Below, piece by piece: positions 13,933 through 31,647 of a DNA stretch of 64,000 nucleotides; the stretch's first letter is position 1, and each line of letters begins with the position of its first letter. The DNA lies in NCBI GenBank assembly GCA_002633005.1, contig NMRA01000171.1, positions 62,001 to 126,000 on the forward strand. The letters run 5' to 3'. The notes under the pieces were generated by a model. That model did no database searches. It had not been told where the DNA came from and saw nothing but the letters and a program-made list of their open reading frames with translations. The stretch is from Phoronis australis (Eukaryota > Animalia > Phoronida). The translations under genes were made by a program, and so were the position numbers.

Positions 13933-15049
13933 CTTTCAGGCAATATACAACTGCTTTCCGCTGCTTTTGTCAGTAAATTTCTACGCCGCGCGACCACAGC
14001 CTGTGGTAAAGAACGTGATTTGCACGTGCTCTGCTATCGCGGAGGTATTTGCAACGTGAAGCCCAGGGTAGACGGGTCAACTTTGGCAAAAATCCCCAAG
14101 TTTGTTTCCCTCTTGATGAGCCAGTAACAAATGAACTTGTTTCTGTGAAAACAATAGCTACCGTTTGGAACGCCCAACAGACCAAATAGCAAGGCTCTTT
14201 AACTCAAGGTAGTAGACTGATTAAAACGAAACAACTGAAGAATCGTTGAAGTGGCATAGAACGTGAAAAACTAAATCGCATTCTTCAAAGTGGTTCTCTG
14301 TCACTGAAACAGGAGTCAAACTGTTCACCATGTATTTTTATGGTTTGTTTTTATAAAGATTTTGAAGAAGTGTTGATGTCAAAGTATTTTTTAGTTTAAA
14401 TTTCAGAAAGAAAACGATCTGACAGCTGCTCGTCACTTCGTCAATTTTTCTCCCGCAATGCAAAACACGTCTCCTTGGTATCGCAAGACATACACACGCA
14501 TTCGGATGTATAGTGATGACATATTTTGGAAGTAGATGACGTAATTTGGACCCGGAAATAAGAATAGACATGCCGTCAAACCGAGTCCAAAACGTCAAAA
14601 TGACGTCATGGTGATTTCAAGCAGCCGCCAGTTAGACTTCTTTGAGCACGTGCGAGCATATGGTTATTAATCAGGGAACCGTGTATTAGGATGAAAGAGT
14701 TTATATTTAATCTGTGGTTCATAAATAGTGGTGCAAAGCTGGTGCTAGTAAGTGGTAACTAAACCATATTCTTCGCACCACCTATTTCTAGTGGAAACCC
14801 TTATTAAGGTTTGGATGAATTGGGAAAGACTTAAAACTGGCTTTTTTGAGTGGGAGTTTCTTGATGAATTTTCTCTGGAAAATGTCTGCACATCAAAGTA
14901 CAGTTTTCTTGTCGAGAAGAGTTGTATTATATAGGCCTAATCACCATTCCCCACCACTACTAATGGATGTAAACCCCAAAGTGCCCACTTCACAAAGAGA
15001 GCTATGCGCACAATACATGAGAACCTCCCGTTTGTTTTCAACTCCAGGC

Positions 15050-16500
15050 GACAGCGGTTTCAATCGAGGGTAGTCCAGATATCAACCTAATCAATTGTTT
15101 TAAGCGTCCCGGCCTGCTCTTTTGCTCTTTGGTGCAGTCAATTAACGACCACGGTTCAAAGAGTGTTACTGATACCATTTATCAACGAGACTTTAAACCT
15201 ATGGCGTCTATTTTGGCTAATTGTTTATAGTAATTGGCCTGAAATTGGATGGATCAGACGTTTTCTCATTTTTACGAGATCTGGCCAACTAACCAGTATA
15301 ATCAATTTCTCATACCTTACACTGTATCTGGTGCAGGAGAACTGTTGTCTTTGGGCATAACTTCCAGTACGGTTTGTACCGAGAAAACACGAGTTTCAAA
15401 TATAGTTTGAACTCAGTTAAGGAAGGGGTCGAGCTTTCACAAAAAAACGGAGTTGTAAGTTTTGGAGGTGTTTCCAAGCCTTACAATGGATGGCATTTAC
15501 GTTCTTCTTATTGCAGCAACTCCTCTTGAAAAAATTCCCAGCATCCTTCTTCTGGCCTTGTAGGTCGCCTGGTCTTATCATCATTCAATAGATTTTGTGC
15601 GTAGCCGGAGTCGACTGAGGTCTTCCTGAATTTGAATGAGTTCCGGAAGAGTTCAATTATGTTGACCTTATTGTGTAGTCTGGCTAACTTGTAATAGTTT
15701 TACTAACTTGTGGTAGTCTTTTTTGAGCTTCTTCCTGTCACCTGAGTTACCATTTTTGCCTTTTTTTCTGAAATCCATTTCAGCCGTTTCTTCATGGTCA
15801 CGGTTCGAGTCTTTCTAAGGTGATGAGACTTCTGCGAAAGATTTACGATTTACCAAGAGATACTTTATAGATGTGGTCCTCCTCTAATGACCTGATGTAC
15901 CAGTAGAGAAGCCAAGTAGAGTATGTGCTTGTCTACTAGTCCGTCAGCAGTGGTTACTGAGAGGTCAATATATAACTGCTCATCTGCCATAGTTTTTTCC
16001 CAGATGGTTTATGGGAAATTAATATGTTTTGAATCGTATGCCAAGTATTTCCTCTTGTCAATGTTTTTAGGCTTTTGTATATAATGGAAGCTTTTGCATT
16101 TAGCCATGGAAACACGGGTTTTTAAACTGTTTTTTCACCGGGGATGGTTGGTATATCAAATGGTTCGTCTTATGTTCCATTGGTACAGTACAGGATTAAT
16201 TGGATGCGTTAAGCTTGTATCACATTTAGCCTTTGTCTGGTGTAGTTCAACGTTTTTTACGGTCCGTCTTTCCGGTTAACCCCCGGTATTCCCCTGCCAG
16301 TTGTATTTCCAATAGTCAGTCTCAGCAAGCCAATCAGCCTTTCCTTGTAGCCACGGGTTCCACACGAGGTCTGTGGGAGAAAACATTAGTATGTCTACAA
16401 GAGAAACATCACCAGGGCCAAGTATCATCTTCTTTATTTCTGTTTCTGTTGATGAAGGATGTTATTATATCCGAAAATTTCAGTTGATCCATTCTTGTTG
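15050..16500 (-). pseudogene. Decayed non-LTR retrotransposon (reverse transcriptase relic, probably R2/HERO-like)
   Basis: Minus-strand fragments broken by stops and frameshifts: ELHQTKAKC (about 16220-16250, zinc-finger-like end), GLETPPKLTTPF, YKPYWKLCPKTTVLLHQIQCKV*, and KTSDPSNFRPITI (about 15225-15265), the typical RT N-terminal D..N(F/Y)RPI motif. Boundaries approximate; clade is inference. Confidence 0.65.
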
Positions 16501-17379
16501 TTTTGTTTACCTATACATATATTCTACATTTCGTGAAACAATAGTATCCTTGAGAGGATCTGGATCGCTCTATTTAGTTTCAGATTTATTTTCTACGCTT
16601 CTTACGGATGAACACTCACGACAGATCATAGTATTGATATCTAAAAAAGAAAGACTATGCCATGGAGAATTAGATCTTAAACTTTGCACATGGAAATATA
16701 TATAGTATTCATATACATACTCTGGTCCTGTCCAGGATTTTGTCAGGCCTCAGTGCTTGGCTTTTTCCAATTTTATTTCTGGTTACTGACATCTTCCCGT
16801 TTTTTCAGATTTTCAGGTCAGCGACATAAATTATTGGAATGATGTTAAAAATGAGAATGTTGTGGATCAATCCGAGACTTTCGCCTAGTCAGCTTATACT
16901 TTCGGTTTTGCGAAGTGGCTATCAATATATATAAAAAAAATCTTTAAGTTAGTGTTGTCTGGTCAAGGCAATGTTTCAATAAATGTTATATATGGTACTG
17001 TAAACTATTCTATAGATTTCTTATCCCGTTAAGTTATAAGTACTTTAAATTTTGGGATAAAAGAACTGGGTTATCCGTTGCTTGTGGCAACTCTTTTTGC
17101 AAAGCTACACTTTGTTGCATATGACATTTGCACAGCTGATGCATTTTGAGGGTTTGGATAATTTAAATTTGTGTTCCAAGTCACAATTTGTTACTGTCAT
17201 TCATTTTCTCTTTTGCAATAACTGACTTAACATTAATCACCAATTTACACTCCCAGAAAACTCAACGAAAACGTAGATAAATTTGGTGCAATACATTATA
17301 TTTCAAAATACCTCAATAACTACATAACTACAAGTAGAACCTTAAGTTGAATACAAAAATAACAATTACAACATGTATA

Positions 17380-18392
17380 ACAAGAGCAACGCGGAGTGTT
17401 CAAATGCGCCCAAGACTGCACCGCAAACTGTGTGCTTCTAGGGGTGTTTATTTCTATCATAAATTTAATAAATGTTCTGCAGAGGGTTTGGGAGATACAG
17501 CCATAGAAGCAAAAAGCTATCACTAGGAGGCGCCACACTAGTCTGAGTCGTCCGAAAATCCTCATCAGCCGTCCTCTTCACAGCACAAACATAAACGCCA
17601 ATTTTCAAAATCATCCTTAGAGTGTTTGGTTGATACGGGGAGTGGCCGCCAAAACCCACAAGAAAACAGTAAAACTGGCCACAAGATGGCGCATCATATG
17701 TCGAATCCATCCAAAAACAGGCACACGTCAGAGTTTCTTTAATAGAAAGCTATGTACCAAATTTCATAAAAATCTGTAGAGGAACTTCAGAGAAACAGAG
17801 AAAAACAGAAAAAATGAAATTGCCACAAGAGGATACAGCGTTCGTCGTATCCCTCTGAAAGTCGTTGTAGTCGTCGTCCGTTCTAAACTTCCTAAATTTA
17901 ATAAAGACCCTGCAGAGCGTTTAGAAGATACAGCCATGGGCGCAAAAACAAACAACACTGCCACTAGGAGGCGCCACAGTAGTTGAAGTCGGAAAATCAT
18001 CGTCATCCACTCTCTTCACAATGAGAACATATATGCCAATTTTCACAATCACCCCAAGAGTCGTTTGGTTGATAAAGGGGCGGACACCAAAAAACAGAAT
18101 CGAAAACAGAAAAAAATGTCCACTAGATGGTGCAAAATAACAGAATCCATCAGAAATTGAAGCTTCATTTCACTATTAGATAACTATTTGCCAAATTTTA
18201 TGAAAACAAGTCGAGGATATGCGAAAATACAGAGGTAAAAGTAAAAAATTAAAATTGCCACTAGGGGGTACACTAGTAGTCAGGTGTCAGCTTCATAGGA
18301 AACTTAGATAAATTTAATCAAAGTCCTGGGAGGGGTTAAGGAGAAACAGCTGTGGACGCCCAGGCAGAGATGACGGCAATGTGCGCATAAAA
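17380..18392 (-). mobile_element. Helentron-associated / DINE-1-like non-autonomous element (HINE family)
   Basis: Reverse-complement copy of the 50551-51833 element: same internal subrepeats (GCCACTAGGAGGCGCCAC, GATACAGC), subterminal TGGGCGCAT and 3' stem-loop. Confidence 0.7.
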
Positions 18393-18799
18393 ATAGCAGC
18401 AACTAGCAACCAGCAACAAAGAAAATCACGTGATTACACAAATGAAGGCTGGTCTTGCCAAATGATTCTGCTCCATACAATTCAGCACAAGATAGTTTAC
18501 CTTGACATCAAGAGATTGGTGTGTCCTACATTCATGCCACCACACTATTTGCACAATTTTACTGCTAATTCAAACCATACAGCTCAAAACAGCAACACTT
18601 TATCGCAAACTTAATATTTACTATACTAGCCACAGTTACACTGGTGATCATTTGTGATAAATGCAACTTAAGGTTATGCAAAATCTAATTGACAGGTCTG
18701 CGGAAATTAGCTGCGAAAGTACAAATTTTAATTTGTAAAAGTATGTACTTTCCAATAGCAGAAAGCCTGTACTATTTGACTTTTGACCTCATACCAACC

Positions 18800-19237
18800 T
18801 ACCGGGATTTTCCATAGATAACCCCATGGGCGTGTATTTGGAAAATAAAAATTTCAGGCGTTTTAGTAACACAAAATAAACACCTGGGCGTCTATTTGGA
18901 AAAGGGGATGTGTAAACAGAAAGTCAGTTTTGCTGACGTTGACATTTTTTATTTAAAACTTTTTAAATTTCATGTTAATAAATGCATAGATCGACAACAC
19001 CTTGTTCGTTTTTCTATAAATGATAAATGCTCCACAAAACTGAATTTGTGACAAAACGTTGACACCGAGAGGGATTTTAAGAGAAAATTTTCGGAATAAA
19101 CGCTCCATTATCTAGACACTCCCCACCAGACGTTGTAACACCAAACAAATGCTCAGGGGCGTTTATTCGGCATACTTTTCCAAATAAACGCCCAAGGGCA
19201 TTTCATCAGGTTGGCTTGTCTACCGATAATCCCAGTA
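18800..19237. mobile_element. MITE-like element with ATAAACGCCC/GGGCGTTTATT subterminal motifs
   Basis: TACCGGGATT…AATCCCAGTA termini and repeated inverted motifs. Confidence 0.55.
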
Positions 19238-19861
19238 TTGTTGGGTGATGTGGCCATGTCTTTTTAGCAAAAGTTAGCAAAAATGAAAAGTACACTGGTA
19301 CCTGAAAACAATATCAATAACATGATAAAATTCAATTTGCTACAAATGTTTTAATGTATCTCAAAAACGGTGAATACAGACATATCTTTTCAATTCGTTT
19401 TATGCAACTTAAATTTTTTTTACGAAAATCATAAAGTCATATTTTTTGTTGCAAAAGCCGAACATTAAATGATTCCTAAAAACTGGAGAATTGTGTACAA
19501 AGCATAAGTAGCTGAAAATTTCATGTGAATCCAACTGGTTGTTAGCTAAATTTGGCCACTTTGTAACCTTAAAGCCTCTTGTCAAAAACTGATTTAAATT
19601 ATTAAATGGTGTAAGGTCCTAACTTGTTCCTTGCACGGAGCACAAATAATTCCTCCACAAGGAAGATCTGATGGTTTGTTATTCCTTTATATAGGATTTG
19701 TTCAGTTAGCTTGTTATGGCAATATAGAACTGTCACTTTTTCCCAAGCCAAGAAATTATTTCTCATCCAAGTAAGGAAGTCAAAAACTATTTTACAACAA
19801 ATGGAAAGTGGACTATATAAGTTGGTTTCTTTTGTTGCCGATAACTGGTTTGAAAACCCAC

Positions 19862-19920
19862 GTACATACATACATACATTCATACATACACACACACACA
19901 TACACACAAACATACATACA
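19862..19920. repeat. (TACA)n/(CA)n microsatellite
   Basis: tacatacatacatacattcatacatacacacacacacatacacacaaacatacataca. Confidence 0.9.
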
Positions 19921-20017
19921 ACTGTTATAATCACCTGTTCATTCAGTATGCTCTAGAGTGAAAATAACTATTAACAAATGAAAAATATTCTTTAGCATTA
20001 GCAGCCAGTGCTGATGG

Positions 20018-20613
20018 CATATAGGAACAGAATGGATGATAAACCTTACTAACTTTACTGTTTATTCTCATCACATGGGAACAGAATGGATGATAAACCT
20101 TACTAACTTTACTGTTTATTCTCATCACATGGGAACAGAATGGATGATAAACCTTACTAACTTTACTGTTTATTCTCATCATATGGGAACAGAATGGATG
20201 ATAAACCTTACTAACTTTACTGTTTATTCTCATCATATGGGAACAGAATGGATGATAAACCTTACTAACTTTATTGTTTATTCTCATCACATGGGAACAG
20301 AATGGATGATAAACCTTACTAACTTTATTGTTTATTCTCATCACATGGGAACAGAATGGATGATAAACCTTACTAACTTTACTGTTTATTCTCATCATAT
20401 GGGAACAGAATGGATGATAAACCTTACTAACTTTATTGTTTATTCTCATCATATGGGAACAGAATGGATGATAAACCTTACTAACTTTACTGTTTATTCT
20501 CATCATATGGGAACAGAATGGATGATAAACCTCACTAACTTTACTGTTTATTCTCATCATATGGGAACAGAATGGATGATAAACCTTACTAACTTTACTG
20601 TTTATTCTCATCA
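20018..20613. repeat. 54-bp minisatellite, about 11 near-identical copies
   Basis: Unit GGGAACAGAATGGATGATAAACCTTACTAACTTTA(C/T)TGTTTATTCTCATCA(C/T)AT repeated head-to-tail; lies just downstream of the SRSF10 stop codon. Confidence 0.97.
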
Positions 20614-20894
20614 TTCTTGGTCACGAGGGGAGACTACTCCGACGGTGAATTTGGCTTCCACCCATCCATCATGACGGGAAATTCCGGGTCATTTTGTCCA
20701 AATACTGTACTTCCCATTTTGTTTCAAATCTCGTCATGACTGGTAACTTTAAGCACAACTATTTCAGGTACTTGTAAGCTTCCTGTCCAACTTAATTCTC
20801 TTCTTGAACACATGCCCACGTAATTTTACTTAACTTTTGCTCTAATTCAAGAAATCAAGAAGCAATAAATACAAGCTTTATCCATACACCATTC

Positions 20895-26210
<5,316 letters not shown>

Positions 26211-29200
26211 AGAGTGTAAGATTTGTTTTCTCACATGAACCATAAAAACAATCTTTTTTGCCGGAAAAACTTGACGTGTCTAAAACTTTCAACCACATGA
26301 AGCAACTTTTGTATAAGCATGCTTGGGCAATTTAAAGTAAACCAAGTTACTTTTTGTTAGTAATTTTATTTTAGACTTAGAAATTGTATATTGCATTTAG
26401 CTTTCGTAACAAATGTTCAAGTTAGAATCTAATAAAAATTCCTCAATATTGAAACAATAAAACTTAACAAATGTTTATATATTTATATATAACACAGTGT
26501 TCTCCATGACCGCTTTTAATGTGTCGCAGCATCCTGTTTAAATATCCTGCGTCCTGTTTAAAAAATAGGGACCAGTTTGTAAAAAAGGTGTCGTCATCGT
26601 TAATAAGGCCTTCAGTGGTTCAAATTACGCTTGACAGCAATTGGCCACAGCTAAGTGGTCACTTGTCGAAAGCCTGATCACCGATCTCACTCAAGCAGCA
26701 GACCGGGCCGCTCTATTTTTGGTGTAACGTGGCTTATAAATAATCTTTAAATCACCTTTTCAATTCATCTCGACAAACTAGTCAAAGTCAATTGAATTTA
26801 AACAAAAGCCCAATGCCTAATGTACTACTACCTGCTCACTGGAGGTGCAGTCCAACACTAAATTCGCTGATCGTTAGGCCTAATTGCTTTTGTAGTCAAC
26901 TGATCGTAATAACCCATTGAAAATAATTAGGCCCAAGGCTCATTGGTTAGTTCTGCGAAGTCAGTAAAGACACCGTTACGCATGAGTTTATACAATGACC
27001 GTCTTTTGGGTAGACAGTGAATCTTTTGGTGGCCAGAATTTTATTTTCATAGCACATTTTTTAATATTCCGTGGGCCCCACGACACTGGTCTGACTTACC
27101 GACACCAGTCTCAACCTTTGCATGGAAACGCTTTGGTTGTTGTTTGTGCATTTCACACCTAGACAAATATTATTGATTACTTTTGGTGCCACTAGCCCAT
27201 CGAGATTGACCGAGTTCATTTCATTGCCTTATAAGGAGTTTTGTTGGCACCATAAACATTATATCTGTCACATGCTCCCTCTAAAAATCTGCGAAGTCAC
27301 AACTCAACTTCGGTAGCAGTCGTGCGCGACGTTTACGGTTTTGGGGAGCAATTCTAAGATTAGGGACAGCTAGTGACGTCACTGGGTAAATGTCTCGTGG
27401 TGACAAATTGAAGCCAAAATCACGTGCTCTCATTGAAAACACATGGTAATATCTTGTGTAATCTAGCGTGGTCCTTACGTTACTCGCTGGTTCCCTGCAT
27501 GCCGCTGGGTTGTCAGTAGCTGGCCCGCAGGTATCACTTAATTTTCCTTGGGAAATTTTTTTACACCGGCATTTCTGATTGGCTAGTCCAATTCTCAACA
27601 GGAAGCACTTTACACAAACAAATTAGCATGACTGATTGGCTAAAGAGTAAATGTGGTCTGTTGTACAGGCAAATCGGTGCTTAAAATTTATGTTCAGGAA
27701 ATGTGACACATCTGTAGACTTCCATTTCAAAGTCATTTACTAAACAAATGGTTTATGTGATGTTTGTAAATAAGACCACCTTTTAAAAATAAGAAGTTGA
27801 ACAAACACACTTATTTTTTTGCACTACTGTGCATGGGTAAAAATAAGGTGCATACTAGCCTATGGAGACCATTGACCGCCGCGCAGTTCTAGCATGTTTC
27901 TTGCAGTTTTTAAGCATGGGACCTGTTTAGATTTTCAGATGTGGAAAACACTGGCATCTCTTGGGATTGCCAGCATACAAATATTCTTCTCTCACGCAAC
28001 CTATTCCTCTCTCATGTATCTGAAGTCCCTACCATCAAAGCACCAGCACTTTTCGGCGTGTTGTAGTATCCGCACATTGTGTGATCATTTGCTCGCAGAG
28101 ATCAGCCCGCATATTTTTTCAAACTGTTCCTTTCCCTCCCCAGCCTTAATCTGATATACGTACTGCGTGCAGCTCAAGCAAGAAAATTAAAATTCTTCTC
28201 TCACATTTGCTTGACCCGGTCAAGGATTCAAATTTGACTTTGATAGTCAGAAAACCTGTGTGGGATCGGAAGATTATTAATATGTGGCCAAGTATTTTGG
28301 GATTGGTCTTCATGCAGCTAGTCAGGTGTTATATCCTGGCATGAGCAGTGTAAAAATGGTCAGTTGCCAATTTTGGAACTAAATGAAGGACTGTTAAAAA
28401 AATTATTGTTTTCGTTTCTCAGTCATGGACATATTCATTGCTAGTGAACAGACCAGCCCAGCTCCCACACATCATATACCTGGCCTGCACGCCATTCAGT
28501 ATTTTCTCTGCCTAATATGCGGCACATACTGAAAAGGCAAGGCACATATAGATTTCCCTTGACGCACCCCACTCAGGTCACTCATAAACACCAGCGCATT
28601 GAACATCGTTGAAAGATCCGCTATTTTGGGTATCATGTCTGCTTATCCCAACCCCCAACAAACCCATGACTCAATTGCAGGACAAAAACTCAACTCTTTG
28701 GCTGCAAGCATAATAACACTGCGAGCCCGCGGATTTCCTGACTGATGCTGTAGGGCTCTCAGTCTTTTCCACCATTTTTGTCTTGTATCACACTTTCTAA
28801 TATGGCGTGGAAGATTTCTGTGTTTTAATCACAAATTTGTTAAGAAGTCGCTGGAGCAGGATGTTGTAAATGCTATCAGAATGAAGAACAATTGTTTAAT
28901 ATGGCTTGTTGGATTCCTCTTTTGTGTAAATTTATTAAGATTTGTATTTGTCACAGATGGTTGAAAAGAAGCACCCTTGGAACTCTTAGTCCGGTGTCAT
29001 ACCTTATAGTATATATATAGCGCATTGGGGAATATCAGAAGCAAAAGTAGACAGTGACCACTGTCTCTAGCCAGCCCCAGTAGAGATGGTGTTCAAAGCT
29101 CCTATAAAAGCTTCCTATGCCGGAAGTTTTCAGCAAATTATACCTCACACTGATTACAACACCAAAGTCACATTGTTTTAAGTACCTTTTGCACATAGTC

Positions 29201-29270
29201 ATAGACGGACACTTTAGGAGGCCGTTGACGTCTTTTTAATTCCTTCCAACTCGGACTAACACTCCTGTTA

Positions 29271-30676
29271 TTAGGCAATGACCATCGCCTCTGTTGGCCC
29301 GAAGCAGAGGCGATGTAGAGGCTATAGGCGCTCTGTACGCCGGAAGCTTTTCGGCGAATTATGCCTCGCACCGACTAAACCATCAAAGTCACGTTGTTAT
29401 AAATACCTTTTGCGCATAGACGAACACCTTAGGAGGTTGTCGATGTGTTTAATTCCTTCCAACTCGAACAAATACTCCCGTTATGAAACTTTTTCTTCGA
29501 GCAGTCCCTATTTCAGTTCCCAAAATCGTGAACTCAACTTTTTTATACTGCGCACGCTCCAATTCATGACCTCAATCTTTAAATAGGCCAAAGGTGAGCC
29601 ATTGCGGTCTTGGCAGTCAAATGTTCGTTTCCAAAATGCCACCACTTATACTTGTCTTTAATTGGCGTTACTTGAAACTGATTGTATTTCAATGAATCAT
29701 TGTTTGTATTTGATAAAAACAAATGCTGTTGATATGACATTTAATAGTCTTTTTGCACATATTTGACATTTTAATGTTTAACAACGCGGCAAATGCACGG
29801 CTGGTTCCCGGCAGCNNNNNNNNNNNNNNNNNNNNNNNNNNNNNNNNNNNNNNNNNNNNNNNNNNNNNNNNNNNNNNNNNNNNNNNNNNNNNNNNNNNNN
29901 NNNNNNNNNNNNNNNNNNNNNNNNNNNNNNNNNNNNNNNNNNNNNNNNNNNNNNNNNNNNNNNNNNNNNNNNNNNNNNNAAACTTTTTCTTCGAGCAGTC
30001 CCTATTTCAGTTCCCAAAATCGTGAAATCAAAATTTTCATTCTTTTTAACCAGGCCGAAGGTCAGAAGTTGCGATCCTATCGGCGAACTTTGAAAGCTGA
30101 AGTTCCCGCCGTTTGCGTACATGCTGCCGGGAACTAGCCGTGCATTTGCCGTGTTGTTAAACATTAAAATGTCAAATATGTGCACAAAGACTATTAAATG
30201 TCATATCAACAGCATTTATTTTTATCAAATACAAACAATAATTCATTGAAATACAAACAGTTTCAAGTAACCCCAATTAAAGACAAGTATAAGTGGTGGC
30301 ATTTTGGAAACGAACATTTGACTGACAAGACGGCAATGGCTCACCTTTGGCCTATTTAAAAATTGAGGTGATGAAGTCACATCACCTAGCGAGCGTGGTG
30401 AAAATTGGAGCGTGGGCAGTACAAAAATTTTGATTTCACGATTTTGGGAACTGAAATAGGGACTGCTCGAAGAAAAAGTTTGATTTGGAAGGAATTAAAC
30501 ACATCGACAACCTCCTAAGGTGTTCCTCTATGCGCAAAAGGTATTTATAACAACGTGACTTTGATGGTTTAGTTGGTGCGAGGCATAATTTGCCGAAAAG
30601 CTTCCGGCGTACAGAGCGCCTATAGCCTCTGCATCGCCTCTGGTTCTGGCCAACAGAGGCGATGGTCATTGCCTAA
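29271..30676. repeat. Large inverted repeat (arms about 545 bp) spanning the assembly gap
   Basis: 29271-29815 is the reverse complement of 30123-30676 with scattered differences; related subunits at 29048-29270, 30683-30935 and 56820-57200. Confidence 0.85.
29816..29979. other. Assembly gap (N run)
   Basis: 164 consecutive N. Confidence 0.99.
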
Positions 30677-30935
30677 CCTGACACTAGACAGTGACCACCG
30701 TCCTACTCCTGGCATGTCGTATTCGTAGCCGTGGGACGGTGGAGCTCCTATGGTTATAGGCACTTCATACGCTGGAAGCTTTTTGGCGAGTTATGCCTTG
30801 CACTGACTAAAACATCAAAGTCACATTGTTATAAATACCTTTTGCTCACAAAGGGAAACCTTTTAGGAGGTGATGTAAGTAATTCTTTCCAACTCGTACT
30901 CCTGTTACCAAACTTTCTTCGAGCAGTCCCTCGTT

Positions 30936-31647
30936 TAGGCAACACGTAGCCCCTCGGTTGGCCATTTAGGGGCTACAATAATTCCCATCGCTTTCTGTAC
31001 ACATTTCGTCCCATGTATTCTAAATGGGCAGTAAGCCAAATCTAGCCACTGATTTTGAGTTTTCACCTCGTCAAAAATACATTCTACACTCAAAACTATC
31101 ACTTAAAAAAGCGCTTACTTTCTTCAGTGATCCTTTCTACTTCTAAATATATTTTGATGAAGCGTAGTTGTGAGAATTAGCTGACTTTGGCGAAAAATTC
31201 CAACTCCACTTCTTGGTCACCGTTAAATTTTTCAGCGCGCGCGTGATAACCACAAAGTATGTCAACTGAGTCACGTGAGTTAGGCAAATGCTAGCGCGAG
31301 ACTGAGCGAAGCGCGTGACACTTGCAAAATAGCATGAGAAGGTATCGGGTGAAATTTGTAAGATTTGTGTCCCTTGGACTTTTTATTCGTCAACATGCGT
31401 GATTTCACGTAACTTCCTCAAAATGGCCCCCGGTAAAAGAAACTCGAGCAAACCACAACATATTTTCATCGATTTGTTCAAATTATCTTGACTGAATGGT
31501 TTTCAGACTTAGGGTATGAGTTGTTTATAACTCCATGTGCATATATGCATGTTTCATTTGATTTTATTTCCTGTATTTTGAAATGAGTAACTTTTTGTGG
31601 GGATGTACTATTGCCCCTGTATGCCTGCGGCATCCAGGGCGATATAA
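30936..31647 (+). repeat. Dispersed repeat (about 700 bp), copy 1
   Basis: TTAGGCAACACGTAGCCCCTCGGTTGGC…CATCCAGGGCGATATAA, collinear with 55899-56582. Confidence 0.88.

Noticed and set aside
14537-14608. CRE motifs (TGACGTAA, TGACGTCA) upstream of HSF paralog B as a germline promoter
   Set aside because: TGACGTCA recurs elsewhere in the window in repeat-like DNA and the TSS is unknown; unsupported.
20018-20613. CRISPR-like array, or C/D-box snoRNA cluster (RTGATGA in each unit)
   Set aside because: No unique spacers, eukaryotic context, no cas genes; no CTGA D box in the unit. The TACTAAC in each unit is antisense to SRSF10.
19943-20674. Long ORFs on both strands (223 aa and 212 aa) with 18-aa repeats
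   Set aside because: By-product of a stop-free 54-bp (multiple of 3) minisatellite; no unique domain.
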